A stretch of DNA of 63,394 nucleotides, the filler included, from Octopus bimaculoides (lineage: Eukaryota), in NCBI RefSeq assembly GCF_001194135.2. It is 3 parts of 3 records of this genome, joined end to end, with 100 filler letters (N's around TTAATTAATTAA, not from the genome) between each part and the next. Parts side by side here need not be neighbours in the genome. Positions count along the whole stretch, not along the records: positions 27,016 to 39,146 come from NC_068994.1; positions 39,247 to 63,394 come from NC_068983.1; 1 more part is not named here. One strand, written 5' to 3'. Positions 34,000 to 46,799 of this stretch are shown piece after piece (positions within the stretch are counted from its first letter, which is position 1; each line of letters starts with the position of its first letter). The notes under the pieces are model-generated. The model did no database searches and had not been told where the DNA came from. It was given only the letters and a program-made list of their open reading frames with translations. Both the position numbers and the translations under genes were made by a program.

Positions 34000-34262
34000 G
34001 CGCAAAACACAAAGGATTCACCGGTATGAGAAACGCCAACGTTTCTTTGAAGAAGACAAACAGTTCAAATCCAACCCCAAAAGATTCTAACAAGAACTTG
34101 GTAAAAATATAATAGACATTACTGCAGCACCAGCAGCAGATGAAGTGGAAGAATTTTGGAAAGAAATATGGTCGGTGAAGCAACAACCTCAGAAAAGGAC
34201 TATTAAAACAACGAACTTAGCACCTGAGCAACTCTGGACCCCTATAACAACTGAAGAGGTCA
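33999..34262 (+). mobile_element. REL LINE fragment (pre-RT region) starting after a (TAA)n tract
   Basis: IHRYEKRQRFFEEDKQFKSNPKRF*QELG...ADEVEEFWKEIWS, typical of the R4/Dong-like segment upstream of RT. Confidence 0.7.
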
Positions 34263-34689
34263 CCCAGTGGGGGGGGGCTTTTGAGAGTGTTCCCCACACA
34301 CACACATACACACATGAATGCATAATTGTACATAGAAACGTATATATGAATACATACATCCACATGCACTTATATATTAATGATGTACATAAATACATGA
34401 CAGGTATAGATAATACTGAAATGCGCATAAATAAACGCACGCAGAGAAACATATTAATATAACAAATTTAAAAAAATAATAAAACTGCACAATCGAGGAA
34501 GAGACAAAAGAAACTGTAAGATGATACATGTTGATTTTATTAGGTATTTCTGTTTATTTAGAAACCTACAATGAACAGGTAGAAACTAAACTCAAAATTT
34601 CACAGGATACAAACTTAAAGTTGACACCGCACCGCTAAACGCAGAAAATTTCTGTTTCGCTATTGGCTAAAAATATACAGTTTTTTTCG

Positions 34690-34835
34690 ATTTTTAAACT
34701 TATGTAACTTTTCAGTTCTATATTCAAGAGATGAGGGATTATGTACATTATTTACATTATTTACAATTGACGGATATTTGTCCTCATCTTGTTTGTTGTT
34801 AACAACGTTTCGGCTGATATAACCTCCAGCCTTCT
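34690..34835 (-). mobile_element. Family F5 3' part, truncated inside the hammerhead core
   Basis: Minus strand GAAGGCTGGAGGTTATATCAGCCGAAACGTTGTTAACAACAAACAAGATGAGGAC...GAATATAGAACTG. Confidence 0.8.
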
Positions 34836-34977
34836 GTAACATTTTTCTCCAATTTTTTTCTCCACAACATCATACCTTGAAAGCAATGAGACTAGAAGGC
34901 TACATTATTATAGCCGGTTTTGAGATTTTTTACTTCCTTTTATAAAATGCATAGTTTGCGAATGAAAAAACTAGATC

Positions 34978-35008
<31 letters not shown>

Positions 35009-35129
35009 CACCACTTAGACATCATTCTCTGTCTCTCTGTCTCATACACACACGCACACACATACATACATAAAAGATGTACGCATATGTATTTATGTAT
35101 GCACGTGTATATGAAAGATAATGTGTGTA

Positions 35130-35167
<38 letters not shown>

Positions 35168-36376
35168 TGAGTGCCACTCTCTTTCACTTTCTGTCCTGAG
35201 CGGTATACCAAAGAATGCCCTAATTTTTTCTCACCTCTCTCCATTCCCCTCCTTACCACTATCCGGAACGATTTTGGCCTTTTTTTTTTTTTTTTTTTTT
35301 GTAGTACGTACTTAAAAACGATGGAAAAGCCTTTTCGGTAAAAAGAAAAATAACATTTATATATTTTCACAAGAAAAGGTGTGTGATTTAAAGGAGATTT
35401 AGCTGTTGTTTCTAGCATATCCTACGACCACCTTTGTCACTGTCGCATGTATTGATCTTTTTCAATAATTTTCTCCTCATAAGCACATTTATGCTTAAAA
35501 AAAAATTGAAAATTCCTGATTCTTTTACACCTCATTATTTCTGTTTNNNNNNNNNNNNNNNNNNNNNNNNNNNNNNNNNNNNNNNNNNNNNNNNNNNNNN
35601 NNNNNNNNNNNNNNNNNNNNNNNNNNNNNNNNNNNNNNNNNNNNNNNNNNNNNNNNNNNNNNNNNNNNNNNNNNNNNNNNNNNNNNNNNNNNNNNNNNNN
35701 NNNNNNNNNNNNNNNNNNNNNNNNNNNNNNNNNNNNNNNNNNNNNNNNNNNNNNNNNNNNNNNNNNNNNNNNNNNNNNNNNNNNNNNNNNNNNNNNNNNN
35801 NNNNNNNNNNNNNNNNNNNNNNNNNNNNNNNNNNNNNNNNNNNNNNNNNNNNNNNNNNNNNNNNNNNNNNNNNNNNNNNNNNNNNNNNNNNNNNNNNNNN
35901 NNNNNNNNNNNNNNNNNNNNNNNNNNNNNNNNNNNNNNNNNNNNNNNNNNNNNNNNNNNNNNNNNNNNNNNNNNNNNNNNNNNNNNNNNNNNNNNNNNNN
36001 NNNNNNNNNNNNNNNNNNNNNNNNNNNNNNNNNNNNNNNNNNNNNNNNNNNNNNNNNNNNNNNNNNNNNNNNNNNNNNNNNNNNNNNNNNNNNNNNNNNN
36101 NNNNNNNNNNNNNNNNNNNNNNNNNNNNNNNNNNNNNNNNNNNNNNNNNNNNNNNNNNNNNNNNNNNNNNNNNNNNNNNNNNNNNNNNNNNNNNNNNNNN
36201 NNNNNNNNNNNNNNNNNNNNNNNNNNNNNNNNNNNNNNNNNNNNNNNNNNNNNNNNNNNNNNNNNNNNNNNNNNNNNNNNNNNNNNNNNNNNNNNNNNNN
36301 NNNNNNNNNNNNNNNNNNNNNNNNNNNNNNNNNNNNNNNNNNNNNNNNNNNNNNNNNNNNNNNNNNNNNNNNNNNN

Positions 36377-36417
<41 letters not shown>

Positions 36418-36468
36418 AACACGCACATACATAATACATGCATACATACAACACATAATACATACATA

Positions 36469-36782
36469 CAACTGCTTCGAAACCTCCAGCTTCTATATCC
36501 ATATTCATACCATTAATAATTGGAGCACTGAGTTTTGTTAGTAAATGCTTAAAGGCAAATTTGGATAAACTGGGATTTTCAGAAAGAGAAATCGACCAGC
36601 TAATTCGTACATTACAAGTGCAATCTGTGAGTGGAACAGTAAATATATTCAAAACCTTACTCAAGTAGCAAATGTGAATTTGTCTGTGCTAACTACATCC
36701 CAAAGATGGAGCCTTGTATCTTTGTTGGAAACCGGCTCCCTCCTCAGTGGAAGTTTTATAATAATTAAAAAGAATTGAAGAG
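36469..36782 (+). mobile_element. Lineage-A-like REL LINE 3' fragment embedded in an ACAT/AC array
   Basis: QLLRNLQLLYP...IIGALSFVSKCLKANLDKLGFS.REIDQLIRTLQVQSVSGTV; (CATA)n on left, (ACAT)n(AC)n on right. Confidence 0.75.
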
Positions 36783-36810
36783 ACATACATACATACATAC
36801 ATACATACAT

Positions 36811-36842
<32 letters not shown>

Positions 36843-36867
36843 GCACACACACNNNNNNNNNNNNNNN

Positions 36868-36907
<40 letters not shown>

Positions 36908-38322
36908 CGAATAGTTTTGTTATACGGTGCCGAGTTTTACAATCCTGTAAATAATAATAATGGGGCGTATAAGCCCGTGACAGAAAAAAGTAGGCCTTCC
37001 CATCCGCTTGTCGAGGACTTATATGCAATTATCAAACCCTTTAATCATCCACAAACACATTGCTTAAATAGCCACTGAATATAAGTGATGCAAAGTGCAT
37101 TGCCTACACAGTACATCACAGTATTGACTCATAAAAACGTTTAATACACTTTAAAGTTATGGCTGCATAGCGAAATACTGCATCTCTACAAGTTATTAAT
37201 GCTTACGGACCAGCTTCCAGGAATATGTTTAATATGTAAAATTTGTATATCCAATAATGTTACACCACAGGATTCAGTGGCTATTGAAGCAATGTCTTCG
37301 TGGATGATTACGGGGTTATATGAGCAAAGGATCCCGAAATATGGCTTATACGCTCATTACCCTTTTTTCATCTTCGATCTTATTGTTTGTTTATATCCGA
37401 CGTCTCGTATACGAAACATCGTAACAAAAATCAGTGCCGGCTACAATTTATATAGAATATAAGTGATGTAAGGCACACTGCTAACACAGTAGAACAGGGT
37501 ATTGGCGTATAAAAACGTTTAATATACTTTATAGTATATTACGGTTGCATAACAAAATGCTGCATCCCTCCAGGTCATTGATATATATATAGTCAAATGA
37601 ATAATAACGTAAGATGAACGTCAGCTCATTACAGCTGTTTCTTACACATTTTTTAAAAGAAGAATGAATACATTACTCCATTACAAAAAGTCGTAATCAT
37701 CAGATGAAACGTAATTTTACAAACAAAAGAATACCCCAAGAATACAGCAGGGACGTAGCTGAAGTCTATCGATGATATAACTATGAAATGTGAGAATGAC
37801 AGACAAAGCTGGCCGTTGTGGGCATTAGGAGATGGGGTTAGGCTAAGAATATAGTTTGTGATATTAAAGTCAACGTGCCGGATGAGATAGGCTGGTTCAA
37901 ACAAGACTGGTTCTTTGGTAGGCTAGAGTGGGATGTAGGTGATATTTTAAGTGGGTAGTTGGGAGAAGACCAAAGATAATTTAAGGATAAAGAATAAGGA
38001 AAGAATAAAGAAAGCAAAAAGTAAAAGTGAAGCAAAACAGACGCATAAATAAAGCTGATTAGGCATAAGATCGGGGTTTAGGATTCGCTAGCTAAGGCAA
38101 AAGAACAAAGGGAGGAGGGCAGAGATACACAGAATTTAGGAGTATTCTGTGGATATAGGTTGAATGTTAGAGGAGGTTACGAAGGCAACCAAATGAAAAA
38201 TTCTAACTTTTAAGGAATTTTAGTGATATGCGTGATTAGGGTGTTGTTTTAGATGCGAATATGTTATAAGGCTTGTAATATTAGATAAAATAGTTAGTGG
38301 AGACAGCTGTAACATTAGATAA

Positions 38323-38359
<37 letters not shown>

Positions 38360-39146
38360 CAGAAAGACAGACAGATAGATAGATAGATATTATATATATA
38401 TCATGTATATCTCTATAGATATATGTATGTATATATATAGATGTATGTATATATATATAGATATAGATATTATGTATACATATGTATGTATAGATATCTG
38501 TATAAGTATATATGGGTGTGTGCACGCGCGCGCATGTGTGTCTGTGTTTGTGCGTGTGTGTGTGTGTATATCGTATAATTTTCTAATAAATACTTTAAAT
38601 TCTTTTTCATAAAAGAGAACTTCTTAACAAATATTAGGCTGAAAAAAATCGTTGCAAAAACCGAAATTACAATCTCTTTTCTGAAACGGAAACTCATTCA
38701 CTGAAATATTTTTCTCTAAGTTACGTAATAAAATAATTAATATAATAATAATATGTTATAGAAAAATAAAACATAAAACGAACTTTATAAAATATATATT
38801 ATAAAAGTAAATGTGTCTTACTCCACGAGTATGCCACACCTAAAATCCTTTCTTTGCTTTTTTCCCAGCTCTGAGAGTTTTTGTTATTAAAATACAATGA
38901 AACTATTGTTGCAATGGTTGAAGGGAAGAGATCTATTTACAGCAATCAGGTATTTTCTTTTGACACATTATAACTAACTTGGCTAGTTTGTTATTCATCA
39001 AATAGGCAAACACTAAAGACTATGTATGTGTGCGTTTGTGTGTGTGTTTGTGCATGTCTCTCTGTGTGTACGTGCTTGTCTCTCTCTCTCTCGTTCTCTC
39101 TCTCTCTATATATATATACATATATATATGTATGTATATATATATA

Positions 39147-39246
39147 NNNNNNNNNNNNNNNNNNNNNNNNNNNNNNNNNNNNNNNNNNNNTTAATTAATT
39201 AANNNNNNNNNNNNNNNNNNNNNNNNNNNNNNNNNNNNNNNNNNNN
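39147..39246. other. Artificial scaffold-join spacer
   Basis: 44 N + TTAATTAATTAA (39191-39202) + 44 N. Confidence 0.9.
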
Positions 39247-40833
39247 AATTTGCACCATTGTCTCTGACCTAACCACTCGAGAAATACGCTTACAAGATCT
39301 CAAAAAAACACTGTTACAACGCCAATATCCCTCCACTATTTAAGTATTACGTGTCAAAAGTGAAACAAAAACACTCATGTCAAATACTTTCACTCATCTT
39401 TGCCTCCACTAATTCACTTTCAAAGTGTTGAGTAAATTTATTTCGTTGCAAACCTCCTTTCAGTCTTTTTATTATCACTGAGTCACACATAGTCCCCAGT
39501 TGGTAACATTGGCTTCAAGGCCTTCCCCCTTCCCAGATGTGTGACTGGTTGTTCTAAGACATTTATTGATGGTAATTTTTTTCTGCCCAGTTACCTATCG
39601 GTATAGTGGTCATTTGCAAACTCCAGAGGCGACACTTTCATTTCCCTTTACTCCAAACGTCACACGTTCTTATTTCAATTGGGTCATGCCGTTCCAATTG
39701 CTAGAGATCCTTAATGCATCTTACAGCTGTGCCTGTCACCTGTATGGTGAGGAATCCTACATTGGTGAGTAGTAACGACTGATTATCGCGATCATTCGTC
39801 TTTTGGTTTCCTGTAGCATTACTCCCTTTTACAAACCCAAACATACATATATTTCCTATTTCAAAGAAATTCATACAATACATATTACACCCAGGTTAAA
39901 AAACATTCCCAACAATTCAACTTCTCTGGTTTACATTAACACACCCACACCCATTAGGGGCCTAAACACCCACATTTTTCAGCTCCAAGAGCTCCATTCT
40001 TCAGGAGTAAATTCCTTTTTACAGGGTCTATAAATCTAGAATTTTCGAATATGGACATTAATATCAGATATATAAAGATGAGAATATGTGTCTGTGGGTA
40101 TCCATAAAACTCGAGAACTACACAACCAATTTCATCCCAAATTAACACATGCCTTACTTAGGGTCCATGTAGTGTCTTAGGTCAAAACAATTTTTAACTT
40201 CTTGCATAGTTCGATCCCACAGCAATATCATATCTCCTCCACTATTTCAGTATTACGGGTCAAAAGTGAAACAATGACATCCCTCTACTATAATGTCAGA
40301 TACTTTCACTTTCACACTGAAACTATTCCACTATTTCAGTATTACATTTCAAAAGTGAAACAATAACATGTCGCTACTGTAATTTCAAATACTTTCACTT
40401 TAATACTTTCAATTTAATACTGAAACTAATAAAGTGAAACTATACTCTCACATATATACAGGCATACTATAAGACCCAAGTTAAAAGCATTCCCAACAAT
40501 TCAACTTCTCTGGTTGACATTAACACACCCACCCCCAATAGGGGCCTTCATTCCCACATTTTAGAGCTCCATGAGCTCCATTTTTCAGTAGGAATATCCT
40601 TTTTATAGGTTCCAGAAGACTGAAATTTTGGAATATGCGCATAAAGATCAATAGTATGGGATACATGTCTCATGATTAGAATTTTTTAGGGTGTGTAAAG
40701 AGGGAAAGAACTCTCATGTGCAATTTTGATGAAATTCGAATCATATGTATTCCAGTTCCTTACAGAAAATATAAGAGAAAAGTCTTATCCTTCAATTGCA
40801 TGTAACACGGGTAACGCCGGGTATCTCTGCTAG
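39247..40833 (+). mobile_element. Putative non-autonomous Helitron (3' terminus clear, 5' limit unknown)
   Basis: 3' end CACGGGTAACGCCGGGTATCTCTG-CTAG|T (GC hairpin then CTAG before T); internal ~35-bp repeats (CCACTATTTCAGTATTAC...AAAAGTGAAACAA) and a ~200-bp duplication (39880-40080 / 40470-40660). Confidence 0.55.
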
Positions 40834-41124
40834 TTATTAGCTAACCCTAGTTTTCATGTTTTGCATCGTAAAAAGTTTCCTTCTCAACTACATGGTTCCT
40901 GGATCAGTTTAACTGCGTGGCATCTTCCTTAAGTATCTTCTGCTATAGACCAAAACCAAGAGAGTGGATTTGGTGAAAGGAAATTGAAAGACATCCGGCG
41001 TATATATGTAAGTATATATATAGTCAATTCAAACATGAACAAGCAAGAAAAACACGAAAAAATAACGCGATGACGTGGAATAAGTACAGTGTTATTGGAC
41101 GCTCATATATATACACACACATAC

Positions 41125-41430
41125 AGAACTCCATCGGTTACGACGACGAGGGGCCCAGCTGATACGATCAACGGGACAGCCTACTCATGATATTAACGTG
41201 AAAGTTCTTGAGCACTCTACGGACACGTCTACCCTTAAGGCAGTTCTCAAGTAGATTCAACGTGACTCAGAGTGTGACAAGGCTGGCCGTTTGAAATATA
41301 GGTACTACTCATTTTTGGAAGTTGAGTGGACTAGAGCAGCGTGAAAATAAAGTATCCTGCTCAAGAACACAACGCGTCACCAGAAATTGAACTCACGGCT
41401 GTACGATCGTGAGTCGAATATTCCAACCGC
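41125..41430 (-). mobile_element. SINE F3, inverted and diverged
   Basis: Reverse complement of 9136-9440. Confidence 0.7.
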
Positions 41431-41662
41431 TAATTCATATATGCTCAACTACAAAAGAAATGTTCCTTTGTACAAGTTAATTTTTTTTTCACACACGATA
41501 TTAAGATTATATGGATTTTATCACAGTTCTAGGCAATTTGTCATCAGGAAGATGTCAGTGACCCAAAACACCATTCTTTTTTGAAAACACGAGGATTGCA
41601 TGTAAGGTTCGAACTCGCTCTCTTCGTGAACATGGTAATGCTCGAGTACATATATATATATA

Positions 41663-42790
41663 TATATACTTAATCATATCGAAGGGAAATGGAAATTAAT
41701 AAAAATTTTCACTTCCAGTGGCCTAGCGTATAAAAATTTAATCACTCATGCGATTCCTTACGCTAGAAAGAACATCTAGGTTCAAGAACCACAAAATTAG
41801 GTATAAATTCCCGAAAAGAAGGAAATGAAAAATTAAAAACTTTTACCATCTATTTTCCTGAACCAATTTGGTTTCTGACTTTAGTTTAGCAAATAAGATA
41901 ATTTGCTAGGTGAAGTCGTTATCAACAAGTACACCTTAGATTAAAATATATAAGCACGAAGCAATCAATTCTATGCCTCCCGTTAATACATCCTAAGTTT
42001 TCAAATCTACTGCGCAGGTGCAGCTCCTCGCCGGCAATGAAAAAATGCCAACTTATAAAATTCGAACATTATCCAAAAACTTAAAATACTTAATGATATC
42101 GGATGGAAATGAAAATTAATAAAAAAAATTCACTTCCATTGGCCTAGCGTATAAAAATTTAGTCCAAAGAATATGAATTACTCATAAGATACAGTGTATA
42201 ATTCAACATAAGAAGAATCCACTCGTGATTCCTTAGGCTAGAAAGAAAAGCTACGTTCTAGAACCACGAAATTAGAGATAAAATCCCGAAAGGAAAGGAC
42301 TGAAAAAAAACAAAACAACAACATTTACCATCTATTTTCCTGGACCAATTGTTTTTCGACATTAGTTTAGCAAATAAGATAATTTGCTACGTGAAGTCGT
42401 TATCATTAGGTACGCCTTAGATTAAAATATATATAAATAGGAGGCAATCAATTATATACCTCCCGGTGAGGAGCTGTGCCTGCGCAGTAGATTTGAAAAA
42501 TCAGGATGCATAAACGGGAGGCATATAATTGATTGCCTCGTGTTTATATATTTTAATCTAAGGTATACCTTTTGAGAATGACTTCAGCTACGAAATTATC
42601 TTATTTGCTAAACTAAACTTAGAAACCAATTGCTCCGGGAAAATAGATGGTAAAAATTTTTATTTTTTCACTTCGTTCCTTTCGGGATTTATCACTAATT
42701 TTGTGGTTTTAGAACGTAGCTGTTCTTTCTAGCGTAAGGAATCTCATGATTGGATTCCTCTTATGTGTTTAAATATGCATTGTATCTTAT
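41663..42790. repeat. Three copies of a ~420-475-bp unit: two tandem, third inverted (fold-back)
   Basis: Units at ~41663-42085 (+), 42086-42465 (+), 42463-42790 (-); shared landmarks TTAGTTTAGCAAATAAGATAATTT, TTTACCATCTATTTTCC, CCTTAGATTAAAATATATA. Confidence 0.85.
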
Positions 42791-44699
42791 ATATACATTA
42801 GAAATGGAAAAACAAAACAATAAATTGAACAGTTATAAATTCAATTCAATTTAAATATTTTATACCAACAAATGACACATCTCATAAATTGTCATAGTAG
42901 ATATATTTCTGTTTGTAAGAGTTATAATTAGATTCTAACTCCATTCTGCTTTAGTGGACAAATCATTCTAATAATCGTCGTGTCTGACTCTGTTTCTCTT
43001 CCCTCTCCATTTTCACTTCGCCTCTCTTACCTCCGTCTTTCTGTCTCCGTTCTTGTATTTAGCATAGATCCTTTCTATTCTAAAATCAATAAAATGACTT
43101 ATCATATCTACCATTTCTTTGCATATTACACGATGTATCCTGATTCCTATTCTTGTGAAAAATTTGTCAGTTGGCTTGGAATGCATAGGCAGAAATTGAA
43201 AATGTCTTTATCAACTCATATTTGGATCTGGACTGACCAGATGCAATTTAAAACGCGGAATGGATCGACGGTTAACAAGCTCATCCAAATTCAGGAACAG
43301 TGTTTCGTGCTAATTATATAGAAAATATATTAAATTTTGCAATACATTCTAGCGATCCTAACTTTGGAAATTCAAAACGCTCTTCTGTCGTCACCTAAGA
43401 ATATGTGGCACTTCAAATCTAATTATGGGAGTCGTCACTATAGTACTGGTTTCCAGACTCACCCGCCTTCTAAAAAACCTAAACTCAAACAAAACATGGT
43501 TGTTCGAGATGTATTCAATAAATATCACATCTTAATCTTCTGAGAAACAGTCATATTCACAAACCTTCTTTGATAGATTGTGTGAATGCATAAACGTAGT
43601 ACAATGTATTTCTCTAACTCAAAATGAGTTGCTTGAAATAGGTGTGGATTTAGTTCATATGAGAGATTCCACAGTGTGAATGTTCTTCAGCATTTATATA
43701 TTCTATTATAGTTTTCACGGAATATACATGACAATTGTATAACAAATGTCATCTTTGTACCGTTTGGCTATGCCGATTTATATATAGTGAATATTAAATG
43801 TGTTGAAAATTTCTGCAAGAATGTCCTGATATTAAAAGTGAAGTGGGTTGTTTACCTCACACTATATTAACAGCCTCTGATGTAACACATACTGACGTTA
43901 ATACGTGTTAGAATTTATCGATAATGTTGCACTCCACTTAGTGTCACACATCCACGTTTAAATCTCTCCATAACTTCCTTACTAACTACTGGAAGACCTT
44001 TCAATGAAATTCGACGTTTCACTTTACGAAGAAAAAATAAATATCTATACTCTTTTTAATTAGTATGCTCCGGACATAATAGGAAAGTAGCATTGTTATA
44101 AATCCATGTTACGCAGACATTCAAAAATAAGTGTCATTTAAAAAAAATTAGAATGTTGATACTTGTATGTATAGAATATAATGAAATCAGCAATGGTTTA
44201 CACAACTCGAAAGCGGTTCAAAATTTCACACAAAAGTTGCTGGAATGAAGGAAAGACATTGGATTGCGACATGAAGTATTTCAAACATTAGCTAATATTC
44301 TCTGCTCATGATTCTGTTTTGTTGTAGAAATTGTTTAAAACTTTGGAGCATATTTAATGTGTCAATATTCATATGAACATCATTTACACGAAATTCTAAT
44401 GCCGAAAGTTGAAATCAAGATATGGCCGATTTTATTTTCAAATGCATGAACAAAACTTCGTTTCCTTAAAATAGTGAAGACATCTCAAAAACATTTTCTG
44501 TAGCTGACATGTCATACCAACCTCATTGGCAACACTGCGATATTCATCCTTCTACTAAAATACATTTTGCTTCTCCAACGATTAAGTTCTGTGTTGTTTA
44601 ATGTTGCAAACTGATGTTGTATTCACGAATCACATCTACTAGACCATGTTTTGAAAACTTACGCATATTGACGTGTGTTAATATGCTGTAAAACAATAA

Positions 44700-44910
44700 G
44701 GCGGCGAGCTGGCATAATAGTTAGCACAGCGGGAAAATGCTTCGTGGCATTTTGCCCGTCTTCATGTTTTGAATTCAAATTCCATCGTGGTCAACTTTGC
44801 CTTTCATCCTTTCGGAGTTGATAAAATAAGTACCAGTTGAGCACTGAGGTCAATTTGAGCGACTTTGCCCCGAAATTTCTGGCTTTGTGCCAAAATTGGA
44901 AAACAATATG
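44700..44910 (+). mobile_element. SINE F4
   Basis: GGCGGCGAGCTGGCATAATAGTTAGC...CTTTGCCTTTCATCCTTTCGGAGTTGATAAAATAAGTACC. Confidence 0.8.
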
Positions 44911-45764
44911 CTAGGAAGAAAAGGAAACCAACAGAGTAATTTTCTTGTATGTATTCAGTTATCTATTTGTATAGTCTTCTGGGAAAAATTATTATAGAAA
45001 AGAATATAAAGATACCAACTAATATTTCTTTCTTATTTTTGGCACATCTCCAACAGTTTTAGAAGAAAAGTAGGAAGACGATTTCTTTGACCCCAGTGCT
45101 CATGTGGGTACATATATTCGTAGTTTCATCGATCCTGAAAGGATTAATGATAAGGTCTACTTTGACAGCCTCATGACTGACTTTAGAAAGAACCGATAGA
45201 AATGACGCAATGCATTTTGTGAAGTGACGATTCTATTTGCTGGCCGCTTTAAAATTCATTGTAACATACCAACAGTTAGTGTGTTATGAAAATAAGGTGA
45301 AATCGTAGACATATCCATGGTAGTTTTTGTGAGATAGAAAAATAGTTGTTCAAAGTAATAGATAGAACACTTCGTATGTGGTATATAAATAGCATATGTT
45401 ACGTGCGGTACTAATTTTTTTAAAAAAATCAGAAAAAAATTGCTTATCTGGTTCCAAAGTATATATTGCAAAAAGACATCGGTAGTAAGTAATTTGGGAC
45501 GATAATGTTGATAATGTTCTACTGAGTCCTTGTAATTCGTTGCAAAATGTCACTGTTTTGTGCAAATATATGCGTGACAGAAATTTTTTGGAAACATGAA
45601 TAATAAACATGGTCCACAAAACCAGCAAAACACACACGCAAAAAGAAAAGAAAACTGACTACAGTACTGCCTTGTATATTTCACTCGGAAATTTTTTAAG
45701 GTTTCCAACCAATATGTAAATGATGACTCTGAAAAATTTCTGTAGAATATATAATTGCTTTAAC

Positions 45765-45970
45765 TTCTTTGACGTTTTCACTCATTGGACTACAGCGATG
45801 CTAGAGCACAGCATCGGAGATATTTAATCGAAAGAATTGACTCAGTTACTTACCTTTAAAGCATGGTACTTTCTGGATAAACTCTCTTGCCGAACCGCTA
45901 CGTTATGGTGATGCAAACACACAAACGTCAGTTATAAAGCGGTGGTGGGGTCCAAACACATACCACTCCC

Positions 45971-46026
<56 letters not shown>

Positions 46027-46185
46027 GCATAGACACACCGGGTTTCTTATAGTGTCCGTCAACCAAGTCTACACACAATCCATTGGTTGACCTGAAGCTT
46101 TAGTTGAATATACTTGCCTAAGGTCCCATGCACCGGAACTGAACATGGCACCATGTGCCTGTGAAGCAACTGTATTACTACACAA
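45765..46185 (-). mobile_element. SINE F2, inverted, diverged, with (TA)n core
   Basis: TGCCGAACCGCTACGTTATGG and TACTTGCCTAAGGTCCCATGCACCGGAACTGAAC match the F2 reverse complement. Confidence 0.7.
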
Positions 46186-46799
46186 GCACAGCTGCTTTTT
46201 TAAAACATTTTTGATGGACTCTTCTAATTTTCAGATCAGTCATCCTGGGGATTGAATTTATTTCTTCTGAAACATTAGAAAAAATTGGGAGTTACAGATA
46301 ATTCAAAAATACCTATGCAAAAGCAATCAAGTAGCAAGAAAACACTTTTATCGGAAGTTTTGTTTAACATAGTGCAGCTGCTACAAAATTGCAGATCCGA
46401 ATCTCAGTTGCAGGGGATGATGAATTAAATGGTATTTAATTCATTTAAATAAAAAGCAAAATTTTGTGGGTTTGAGAGGAAATTACTGTCTCAGCAAAAC
46501 TAGAATTCTTCTGTAATGAACAACCATAATACATTAATACAAATTCAATTATATTTTAAAAGGAAATTGGAAAAAAATCTCTGGTATGGAATAGGAAGAT
46601 ATGCTTGAGGCTTTACGTTCGTTTCGAATGAGATCAAAATACACGAACAAAGACAAAATTTTTCAAAAGGATAACGGAAGCAAATACATAATATATTAAA
46701 ATCGATATATAATTTCGTAATAAACAAAATAATATTACTTATATTACCAACGGATCTTTCATGATTTATCTTTGGAATATATGGCATGAGTATCTTAGT

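Noticed and set aside
42980-43321. 113-aa ORF or exon after a long pyrimidine tract (IDPFYSKINKMTYH...)
   Set aside because: No recognisable homology, no convincing donor, and similar CT-rich tracts occur elsewhere as low-complexity sequence.
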